Assembly (NCBI GenBank): GCA_013239625.1
Contig: MU053934.1
Coordinates: 3,738,399-3,802,398, forward strand
DNA: 64,000 nt
From: Lama guanicoe
Lineage: Eukaryota
Direction of reading: 5' to 3'
The notes under the pieces were generated by a model that had not been told where the DNA came from, did not search any database, and saw only the letters and a program-made list of their open reading frames with translations. Within the stretch, counting starts at the first letter, position 1; each line of letters opens with the position of its first letter. A program made the translations under genes and the position numbers. Of the stretch, positions 35,431-45,900 are shown in pieces.

Positions 35431-36728
35431 CACACACCCACATGGAGCCTGGCTCTTTGCAGTGGCCTCAGACCCTCTCTCCCCTTGACACCCCCTTTTC
35501 TGCCACCCTGATCACAAGGGAGGGGGCAACAAGGTTTCCCAATGTTCCTTTTATAGCACTGACTCCTTAGAGCAGCCCTGTGGGTTAGCACTATTGTCCG
35601 CATTTACAGATGGGACACTGAGGCTCAGAGAAGAGTCTTGCTCAAGGCCACATGGTGTACAGGGGCAGAGCGGGATGTGGACGCAGATCCGTCATTTTCC
35701 CTGCCTCCCAGGCTTCCTGCTCTGTGGGGCCATTTATGTTCTCCCTCATCTTTGATCCTTCAGTGCTTCTGGCCACAGATTAAACCTTTATTTGGTGAAG
35801 AGCAGGACAGAGACTGGGTCAGAAGGACCCGAGGCCCCAGACTGGCAAGAGAGTATCCAGGGTGCCCCAGGCCTGTCCTGCCAGGGCCGTGGGGAGGAGC
35901 CCAGCAGACGGAGCCTCGCTCGTATTCTGTGTCTTTGCAAAGTGGTAGAAGTAGGGCGGCTGTGTGTCCAGCTTCACCTGCACAGTCCCAGTCCACTCCT
36001 GTGGTCCTAGTGTAATTATTAATGGTGGCTGTTTTCACTCTCAAAGTGTCCCTGTTTGGACAATGAATTTTGTGGTCATCCTGAGAATGGGAGGTATACA
36101 AGAGGGTGTGAGAGGTGGGCAGGGTCCGAAATGGATTTTGAGTATTCTGTCCTGGGCAGAAACCCAAATGGGATTCTCAGGCAGGACTGGGAGAGCGGAG
36201 AGAAGGGTGGGCTGTCACCACGTGGGTTCCCTTTGGGTCGTCGTGAGGATTAGATGCGTTAACATGTGTGCCTGGCACAGGCTGGGGCCAGGCCACCCTC
36301 TTGTGCCTCTAAGTCTGGGGACACTTTTCCCTGCCTTCCTCCATCTCTGCTACTTCCTCCACAACACCTGCTGGGTCAGAGGGCCCCGGGGGAGAGCGCC
36401 ACTCTCTCCTAACCCCCCTCCCCGGGTAGCAGCCGGAGCCACAGCAGAGGCGCAGGAACAGAACCTCTGTCTTTCAGCTCCACTTTATGAACTTTACATT
36501 CACACAGGCCCAGGCCTGGTCCATGCACAGCGGGTTCACTGGCAAGACCAGGGCCTGAAGGGCCTGGCCATGGCCTGCTGGGCAAATGAGGGGGGCAGCT
36601 TCCCCCCCGGACCTCGGGAGTGACCACCAGAGCAGTCCCCAGTGTGCCAGGCCCTCTTGGGGCAGCGAGGACTCAGAGAGGAAGCCCCACCCCCGAAGTC
36701 ACTGGCCACCCCACCTAGTGCCCCCGCG

Positions 36729-37045
36729 CTACACAGACTCAGAGTCCAGCCCCAGCTCTGCCTCCACCTTGGGTTCTGAAGGCCCAGTCCCCGGGCTCGG
36801 CACCTCCAGGGTCTCGAGGCCACCAGGCTCCTCAGTGCTGGCGGGCAGGGGCTCAGAGTCCACTTCAGCTTCAGCATCCTCCGTGTCGCTGGCCCCGCCC
36901 TCGGTGCCTGGGCTGGGCGAGGCATCCCGAGAGCGGCGCAGGCAACAGTTGGTGGCGACAGCCATGAAGATCCCAGCCAGGGCCACCTCAGAGCCCGCCA
37001 GGTAGAAGATGATCTCGTAGTTCTTCAGCGCATCCACCAGGCGGC
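36729..37045 (-). CDS. SLC16A8: SLC16A8 last coding exon
   Basis: [25 protein letters not shown]...GLDSESV; TAG at 36731-36729. Confidence 0.96.
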
Positions 37046-40000
37046 CTGGTGGGGAGGGCAGATGGAAAGGTAAGGGCTTGTGGGGGACCCCACCGTTCAC
37101 ACACACACACCCCTACCCTCAGATAAAGGGCAGTGCTCTTGAGACTCACTGGTGACATGCCCACACATGCCCCAGTCTTTAATCCCATTTTACAGATGCG
37201 AAAACCCATGAGGGTTCCATCATTTGAGACCTTAAAACTTTCACTTCACCTCCCTGACCTCAGCTTCTTAAGTGCTGAGGGGCCTTGGGTGAGGCAACAC
37301 TTTACAGTTTGTATCTCCACTGGGTCAGGTGAGATGGCAGAGCTTGATGAGGGTACTCAGCCAGCCCTGGAAGGCTGGGCAGCTCACCCGGTCTCAGGTG
37401 CAGCCTGGGCCCCAGCAAAGGTGGCCTCCTCCATCCTGCAACCTGACCTCAGCTCTCTCCTGCTCACATACAAGCTTCCTGCTGTTTCAAGGATAACCTG
37501 ACAACCCAGGAAGACCCTAATGTCCCCCACCCCTGCCTTTCTGAGCCTAGCTCCTGCCTTACTTGTATGGGAACAGTGTCCCCCAAACATACCTTTGTGC
37601 CCTCTGCTATGGGATCCTGCCTTGCCCCATGAGGCTGCCTTCACGCCAGCCCCTGCAGGAAGGCCTCCCCAACCACCCTCATCATCATGATTTCCTAAGA
37701 GATGATGAGTGCTGGGTGCTCAGCAGACAGTGTGCACAGTACCCCTTCCCCATATGAGCATGATGAGCAGCCCCTAGTCTGCTTCCGGTTCCCCAAAGAC
37801 ACTGTCCCTATTCCAACCACCCTTAGAGGCTGGGGGGACTACAGCACTCAGATGCAGTGTTTCAAAGGTATGAGCTTTGAGCACTGGGCAGTGCCCGCCT
37901 CTAATTCTGGGACTGCAACTTGTACTAGGTCTCATGCCTCAGTTTCCCCACCTGCAAAAGGAGAATAAGCAGCTGCACTTCACAGGGCCTATGTGCCATC
38001 TGCTGGAGAAGACCCTGTGGGCCAGCTGCTTTCCATGTTGGGTTCTTCCTGGCACCTTTCCTGGTTTTTGCATCCTTACCAGAGCTGGTGGTACCGCTTG
38101 GAGGAGAGGCTAATTGGCCCTGGGAAGGGGAGTCCACCCAACCCAGTTGTCTTCCCTAAGGAGACAACTTCCCTTCATCCCTGGATGTTGCATCTGGGAC
38201 AAGGTGAGGACTTCCCTTTCACTTAGGGGCACTAGGCTCTTCACCCTTTCCTCCTGAGAGGCGCACCGGCAGAGGGCGGTCCGATGAGAACAGCCACGGC
38301 CTCGAGTAGTAGCACCAGGCCCAGGGCACTGGGGAATCGCGGTGCACCCACGGCTGCCATGAGCACCTCGAACTGCAGCGCGCCCACCATGCCATAGGAG
38401 AGGCCGAAGGCGATGCAGAAGGCGACAAGGGCACCGTAGGAGCGCGCGCGCGCGCTGCTCAGGTCTGTGAGCCCATTGGCCATCAGGGCCAGGCTGAAGA
38501 GGTAGGCGACATGCGGTCGCAGGCGTGCCAGCCCGGCCAGGGCGCCGCAGGCCGGCCGCGCCACGATGTCTACGAAGCCCACGATGGAGAGCAGGAAGGC
38601 AGCCTCGGAGTCAGGCACGCCTGCGTCCTTGGCGTAGTTCACCAACAGGATGGCGGGCACGAAGAGCCCGAGCGCCATCAGGAACTTGGTGACGGCGTAC
38701 ACCGCGAAGGCGCGGTCGGTGCACACCGCCACGTCCAGCAGGCGCCGGCGGGTCCGGCCGCCAGAGGGCGCCTCGCGCAGGCGCAGTCCCTCGCGGTCCG
38801 CCTCCGCCTCCGCCTCCCCGGGAGCGTCGCTCGCGCTGTCCCTGCGCGGCCGCGGGCTCGGCCCCGGTGGCGGCCGCATGACGGCGCCGCACGCGCAGCA
38901 GTGCAGCAGGAGGCCGCCGAACAGCAGGAAGCCGCCGCGCCAGCCGAAGCGCTCGAGCAGCTGCTGGCCGAGCGGCGACAGAGCCGACAGGAAAACTGGG
39001 CTGCCCGCCGCCGCCAGCCCGTTGGCCAGAGGCCGCCGCCGCTCGAAGTACAGCCCCAGCATAATGAGCGACGGCTGGAAGTTCAGGGCCAGGCCCAGGC
39101 CTGCGGGCGAGGCGGCGATGTGCCCGGCTCCCCCAGGGCTACCCACCCCCCGCAGCGGGAGGGAGGGGCAAGGCCCGGGCCGGAGGGCAGACCCTGGGGA
39201 ACTGAGCTGAGGGACGGGGACCACCCCTCATGGGGAAACTGAGGACAGGGGGTCTTGCAGCAAGGACTCCTGACCCCTACCTGCACCCACACCCCCAAAG
39301 GGGAGGACAGCAGTCGGCGCCCTCACCTGTGAGCACCCCAGCAGTCAGGTATAGCTCCAGGAGGCGCGTGGCGAAGGATGCTAGGACCATGCCCGCAGAG
39401 GCCAACAGCCCACCCACTAGCATCACCGGGCGACAGCCAAAGCGGGTAACAAGGATGCTGGACACTGGGCCTGTGGGCAGGGCAAGGTTACCACTTGCAC
39501 TGGTCCAATCTCCTGTCTAGTAGACACTCCAGGCGTTGTACCTCCCAGCCTTGAAAGTCCGCTCAAAGGGTAAGGTTACCCCAGTTCAGAGAAGGCAGTG
39601 TCTGGCCAAGGTCATGTAGCTTGGCTGGGACAGACCAAAGACAGCGCCCTATAGGGACACAGTGGAGGGACCTGTTCTGGTCCCCAGCCCTCCTGAGAAC
39701 AGAGAACCCAAAGCAGAAGGGGCCGACCCCATTCCCTTTGTATCTCCACAGCTGGCAGCGCAGCTTGAGCTGCCTGCCTTCCTGGGGTTCCCCCACCCCT
39801 CACCTCCACTCCTCCAGGCTTGGCCAGGATAACTCCAGCATCTCCCCCACCCAGCAGGTGGTTAGGGCTTCCCGGGGTGGGAATCTTATTTAGACCTCAG
39901 TTACCCCACCTGTAACATTGGCCAATGTGGGTCTTTTGACATCAGTGGAGGGGCCTTCTGGCTGGCCAAGCTTGCCAGGGCAGCCACCTTGGTGCAGACT

Positions 40001-40413
40001 CCACCTCTGGCCGTTGTCCCCCTCCTGCCCTCTCCTTCCCTCTCTGGTGCCACCGTTTCCCCAGGAAGGAAGGGGTTTCCAGTGCCCAACGCTAGAGGCC
40101 TGATGGATGCTCAAGGGGTCAGGTGTTTCCAGGTACTTGATCCTGACCCTCAATCCTGTGCCTGGGGAAAGGCTGAGGGATCCGCGAGGGGGCGCTGACC
40201 GGTGCCGTAGAGCATGGCGAGCATGATGGAGGACACCCAGGCTGTGTCGCTGTAGCCCGCGCCGAAGTCGCGCATAAGCGCGCGGAAGAAGACGCTCACG
40301 GCCTTGGGGAAGCCATAGGCGAAACCGGTGACCACGAAGCAGGCGCCTAGCACCACCCAGCCCCAGCCGCCGTCAGGGGGGCCGGGGCTCCGCCGGGGGC
40401 CACTAACGCCCAT
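36729..40413 (-). CDS. SLC16A8: SLC16A8 / monocarboxylate transporter 3 (MCT3), complete spliced CDS, 1509 nt / 502 aa
   Basis: Join(-) 40413-40200, 39470-39327, 39100-38267, 37045-36729. MCT signature [38 protein letters not shown]-terminus ...DSESV*. Position between PICK1 and BAIAP2L2 fits MCT3. Confidence 0.97.
38267..39100 (-). CDS. SLC16A8: SLC16A8 coding exon 3 (CpG-island exon)
   Basis: [23 protein letters not shown]...AVLIGPPSA; cgcag| and |gtgcgc. Confidence 0.96.
39327..39470 (-). CDS. SLC16A8: SLC16A8 coding exon 2
   Basis: [48 protein letters not shown]; cacag| and |gtgagg. Confidence 0.96.
40200..40413 (-). CDS. SLC16A8: SLC16A8 first coding exon (214 nt coding)
   Basis: [26 protein letters not shown]...MLYGT; donor G|gtcagc; NAGNAG acceptor (cagcag) in the 5'UTR at 40425-40430. 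Confidence 0.96.
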
Positions 40414-41566
40414 CGCCGCTGCCTCTGCTGGAGGAGAGGGGACAAGAAGGAGCAGCGAGGATCTGTAGCCAAGACAAGAAAGGGGGATGGAGACCCAGGA
40501 TGGGGAAACTGAGGCATGGGGCTACCAGCGTGAGCTCTGTTAAGGGAGTGGAGGCAGAAGAGGAAACCCAGGTAGGATTTTGGGTGAGCCCAAAATCTCC
40601 CGTCCTCCAAGGGGTGTGAAGGATGAGGGGAGGATAATAGAATCGTTCCCACCTTGACTTCAGGGAGACTCCCTCTGGAGGACACGCCTTGCCCCTCAGG
40701 ATCTAGTAGTGGCAGAAGAGGGGGGTCAAGTGAGGGGGAGAGCCGGGCAGCCAGTGTGTGACTAGAGGCGTATGTGGGACCACCAGTGTCCCCACTGTGC
40801 ATGTGTGAGGGTCTCAGGACAGAAGAAGGAACATCGTGTGGGGTTGGGGGGAGGAGACAAGTGCCAGCTACAAAATGGATAGAGTTCATTCTCCTCCTTG
40901 ACCTTGGGATATGTTCCTAATTTTTCTCAGTGATCAGGAGTGACTATGGTCGCTTAGGACATTATGGAGGAAAAACTAAAACACATTGTAACAATATTAG
41001 CCTTGTCTCAGAAGCCAAGGGAGCTGAGTTCCAATTCACCCCTGCTTAGCCGTGGCTTTGCTCTGTGACTTGAGCAGTTCCCCTCCCTTTGCTAAAGCCT
41101 TAGTTTTTCTACCTGTAAGATGGGATCACGCTGGCCAGGCAGGAATCTTGGCGGGGGGTGGTCAGATCTCTAGCTTCACTGGATAGATGAGAACCTTTGA
41201 GTGGGGCCACTGGGAGGGAGACCCTTCAAACCCCTAGCAATCCACCAACCCCTCCACACTCCCAGAGCTCCACCCAGGGGTTCACATAGCAGCCCCATGT
41301 ACCCCCGTAACAGACCAGGAGGGGGGCCTCACAGGCAGGATGGACCATCCCACAGCTGGGGCAGGAGCCTCCCTCCCTCCCTCCTGCAGCCCCTGTCCGC
41401 TGGGGTCTCCCTCCTGGCATTAGGCAATGCCAAGAGCCCCGTGGGTATATGAGACTTTGCCCCTTCCCCAGGACCAGGTTCTCGCTGTTCCTCACCTCAC
41501 CACAGCTGCAGCCACTTGAGGGCCAGGACAAGAGGTGGTCCCTGGCAACCCTGGCCCCACACTTAC

Positions 41567-42130
41567 CTGAGCCGTCCTGTGGGTTTGGATGTCCAGCCTC
41601 ACATCTCCTGAGGCCTGCAGGTAAGGGCTGCCCAATGGGCTCCCCCGGGAAAGCCTAGCCTGATGGGGGCCACTGCTGAAGACTCCCCGGCTTGCCTGCA
41701 GATCAGACGCTGGCCGTCTCTTGCCGACAGCTCGCTCCCCCAGGCCTGGGGCTTAGTGTTCCCCCACCCCCATCGCCTCTAAGAGGCTTTTGCTTGGGAG
41801 GGGAGAAGGGACAGGGCCAGGCTGGGCCCCATGGTGGGGCTCGTTGTCCCAGGCCTGTCCAGGGAGAGCCAAAGATGGGGGTAGGGGAAGGGAATCCCAT
41901 CATCTCCTGGAGCCTCAGGCAGAGGACACACAGAGCCCTGCCTTGGGGGGTCCTAGTGGTACAAGGGGCACAGCCCTGCCCTGGAGAGACCCCACCAGCC
42001 CTAATCACCTCAACTCCTCGCCTGCCCCCCATCCCCAGGCCGCATTCCAGGAGGGGCCTGTGATTTCCCCAGGATAAGGCTAATCCAGCCCGGAGAGCCT
42101 GGGACTGAGGGGGCGGGGAGGGGCCAGAAC
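41567..42130 (-). promoter_or_regulatory. SLC16A8: Probable SLC16A8 5' non-coding exon and promoter region
   Basis: Perfect minus-strand donor CAG|GTAAGT (plus acttacctg 41561-41569). OTX/CRX-type TAATCC at 42081-42086 and TAATCA at 42002-42007; GC box ~42110. TSS not determinable. Confidence 0.55.
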
Positions 42131-42675
42131 AAAGGGTGCTGTGTCCCAGGGTGCTAGAGGGTGACTTGCTGGTGGTCCCGGACTTCAGCCACTGCCACCT
42201 CTCCCCCTCTGGAGAAGAGGCCACTATTTCCTGGGGAACCCACAGCAGAAATGAGCCTGGGCCAGAGATGGGGGATCCAGTTTGCAGGAGTTAGGGCAGA
42301 CCTAAAGACTTGCTTAAAATGAGGGATGTAGGGGGCTGGGAGTGGGTGAGGCGTCCCAGGGAACCGCCAATGACTTTCAGGACATCCTGGATTCCTTTCT
42401 CTGGTGGGAGGTCTCCATCCCCAACCTGTCCCACCCTATCCCTCAAATCAGACTCCACCAATCCCACTGCCATGTCTCACTTGCTTTATTTTTCGCCGTT
42501 TACAAAAGTTAAACAGGGGACGGGGTGCAGGGCAGGGGAGAGGGTGTGCAAAGGGCTCCTCCCCACTGGGACAGAGAAGGGGGAAAGAAGTTGGGGGGCA
42601 TGACATAGGCCTCCAGGGAGCATCCGCGGCCCCCTGGAGGGGAATAATGGTTCTTCGTCTTCCAATTCCGCCTGC

Positions 42676-42681
42676 TTTATT
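42676..42681 (-). terminator. BAIAP2L2: BAIAP2L2 polyadenylation signal (AATAAA on -)
   Basis: TTTATT on + about 195 nt past the stop; a second copy at 42485-42490. Confidence 0.75.
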
Positions 42682-42875
42682 TTGAAGGCCCAGACCCCAG
42701 GCCTTGGAACTGCTCAGGCTGGAGTGTGTTTCGGGGAAGAGCAGCCACCCCCCTGCCCCGTATCAGGGCCCGGCTTCTCGGATCCACTGCTGCTGCCTCT
42801 GCTGCCGCCAGCTCTGGGCAGCCCCTGGGCAGGTGTGTGGGGGGTGACCTCAGACCCCCGGTGAAGGAAGGTGCC

Positions 42876-42951
42876 TCAGCGGATGAGGGGTGCTGAGCGG
42901 TCATTGGTGACAGTGGGACGCAGCTTTACGGTGGCAAAGGGGTTCGTGCCC
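42876..42951 (-). CDS. BAIAP2L2: BAIAP2L2 last coding exon (WH2-like)
   Basis: [27 protein letters not shown] at 42878-42876. Confidence 0.96.
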
Positions 42952-45900
42952 CTGTGGGAGGAGAGTTGGGGGTGAGAGGGCCCCAGGTCCCCAGCTGGCT
43001 GTGGGTCCAGGGAAGGCAGCTGGGCATTGGAGCCAGGTGTCCACCGCTACCTCCTGTCTCCATTGGGTCACCTCCACTCACGCTCACCTTGTCTCCTGCC
43101 ACAGCCCTCCGCTGAGCCCAGCCCCCTTTGACCCCTACTTGAGGACTTACCGAGGGAAGAGCTCTGGGGGTTGCTGCTCCCAGGACGTAAGTTTCTGCAG
43201 TGAGTGGGGAGGGAAGGCCGGGTTTGGGGAGGAAGGAGCAAGCGAGCCCCAGCCCCTCCCTTTCCCCCTTCTGGAAGGGCAGAAGACTGGACCAGAGGCC
43301 CTGCTGTGCCAGGCTTCTGGAAAATGAGGTCCCAGTGTTCCGAAGCCCAGAATTCTGTGGGTTTCAGACCTGAGGAGCTTCTGGGCCAGAGTACCATCTC
43401 CCAGGGCTAACACTGCCCCCAGGGAGGTCTTTTCCGGTGCTCTCAGCCAGACTCCTGGGCTCTGCTTCTGAGAGAAGTGCTTTTCCCCCATCCTCCGCCC
43501 CAGACTCAGAAACCCACGCTGCCCCTCCCTGCATAGATGCGCAGACTGAGGTTGGGGTGGGAGGGTCCCCTGCCGGGCAGACTGAGGCTAGGGTGGGGAG
43601 GGTTACCTGGTCTCTGGTCTCCCAGCCCACTGCACCCCGCCAGGGTTGAGGATAGGCTGGGGGAGGGGACTCACCTTGACGTCACTGGCCACTGCCATGC
43701 TGCCCATGCTATTTCGGCGATTGCCAGGCAAGGGTGTAGGTGCAGGGCTGGGGGTGCGGCTCGGGACCCGGCTCGGGGTTCGGGGGTGGGATTGGCCATC
43801 CCAGTACTCTGAGGATGCTGTGGAGTTGCCCGGCCGGTCCAGGAGGTCATCTAGACTGTGGCTGCCCCGGAGTGGGTAGGACCTGAGTCCAGAGAAAGGT
43901 TGGGAGGGGAGAGGGTCAGGGGTCAGGCCCTCCTGCACCTGATCCCATCTGCTGGGCCCCTGAGCATCCTACAGACCCCTCCCCTGCCCCTGGGTGAAAA
44001 GAGATTGTTGGCTTAAAGGCAGCCCTGAGAGGAGGCAGAGGGATGGACATAATGACCTTTACATGTAGAGAGATGGGGGCACCCTTTCTCCAAGGGCTGA
44101 AGGGGCCTGGGCTCACTCAGGACTGCAGCTCACAGATGCCCTCCCTGGTGGCCCACCCAACCCCTGCCCACTGGAGTCCCCACCCCTGCCCCACCTCTGA
44201 CCACAGCGGTACCTGGAAGGCAGCTCATTCATAGGGCTCATGGGATTCATGGAGGTCACCGGGTTCAAGGGGTTCATGGAGGTCACAGGGTTCAAGGGGT
44301 TCATGGAATTCATGGGCAGCTCCTCCAAAGGCTTCACATAGGCCTCAGGAAACCAGCCACTCCTGGGGGGTGGAAGCAGAGGGTCCCATAACCAAAGGGC
44401 CAACAACAGTGGTCAAAATAATACTTTTAAGAGGAGCAGACAATTACTGAGCACTGCTGTGCACCGGCCTGGCTCTAATGGCTTTGCCCAGAGAAACTCA
44501 TTTCATCCCTTGAAGGAGGTCTTTCCTGACTTTCAAAGCTGCCTGTCCAGCCTCATGTCCCGTCAGGGGCTGGGGCACCTTAGAGAGGAGGGACTGGAGA
44601 TCCAAGAAGGAAAGCATTGTATCCAAGGACATGTGGTGACCAGCTTCATTCCCTACACACTGGGCACCCACCACACGAGGGCCCACAGAAAGCCAGACAC
44701 AGTCCCTACTCTCCAGGGGCTCCCAGCCTGGTAGGGAGACAGACCCACAAGCAGATGATTGCAAGGGTGCAAGGGTGATGTGAAGGAGACGGGGTTGGGA
44801 TGGGGGAACACAGGCAGCTGCTGGAGCCCAGGGGAAGGGGCACTGGAGCTGGGGTGCCTGGCTATGGACCAGTGCTCTTTCATCCCCAACCCAGCTGCTT
44901 CCCTCCACCCTAGGCCCTCTGGTTCCCATGACCCCAGGCACCCTGCTCTTGGAGTCTTTGGCTGGAGGCTCATCACTGCACCTTCAGAGCAGCCAGGGTT
45001 GAGAGAGAGGCACTAGGAACGATGTTCCTTAGGCTTTTCAGACTCTGAGGAACCCATCAGATTCTTGCAAAACACCTGGGAAAGTGTCCTCCAAAAAGCC
45101 ACTTTAGATCCCCAAACCAAGTCAACAACTTTCTCACCTAAAAGTAACTGGAAGCTATTTCAACTCAAATTGACAAAACCAAAAACTTTTTACTTCTGTT
45201 TTCACTCTAAAGTGCCTACCAATGAAACCTGCCATCGTCTTCCCTAACCTGAGTCACAGAAAGGATAATGGTGTCCCAGGAATGTGGTTTGAGAGCACTG
45301 GTCTGGGTGCGTTTATAATCAGGTCCCCAGGAGGTTTGCTACACGCCTGTGTTGGGGACTTTCAGGGCGAACTCTGCTGCCCTCTTACGTGGGTCTGCAA
45401 AGCAGATGTTTCCACCACTCATATTCTTAGTCCTATCTCTCTACGCACCAGCCCATCCTTCCATTCCTGATCTATGTAGTCGCCTGCCATCCACCCATCT
45501 ATCCACACAGCATCCCATCCATGCATCACCCATCCATGATCCACGTGGGCAACCACCCATGGACCACCAATCCATTAATCCATCCCTCAGCACTTGCCCA
45601 CCTGCCCACCCCTCTATCAACACACTCACATACCTCTCCAATCCCCCACCAGTCTATTTATGCACACATACCCCACATCCATGCATCCTCCCATGTCCCC
45701 AGTCACCCAGTCCATCCCCACCTACCCATCCATCTATGCATCTGCTCACAGGTGCATGCACTCACCTGCCCACACCACCACCACACCCTCACCCGTTCTC
45801 ACCTGTCCATCTACTAGCCCACACAACCACACTTGCAAGCACCCTCACATGCGCCTGCAACTCCATCTATGCTCCATTCATTCATCGCCTCTTCTTGTCC

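Noticed and set aside
38511..39242. 243-aa and 186-aa plus-strand ORFs
   Set aside because: Antisense to the GC-rich SLC16A8 exon and explained by its codon structure.
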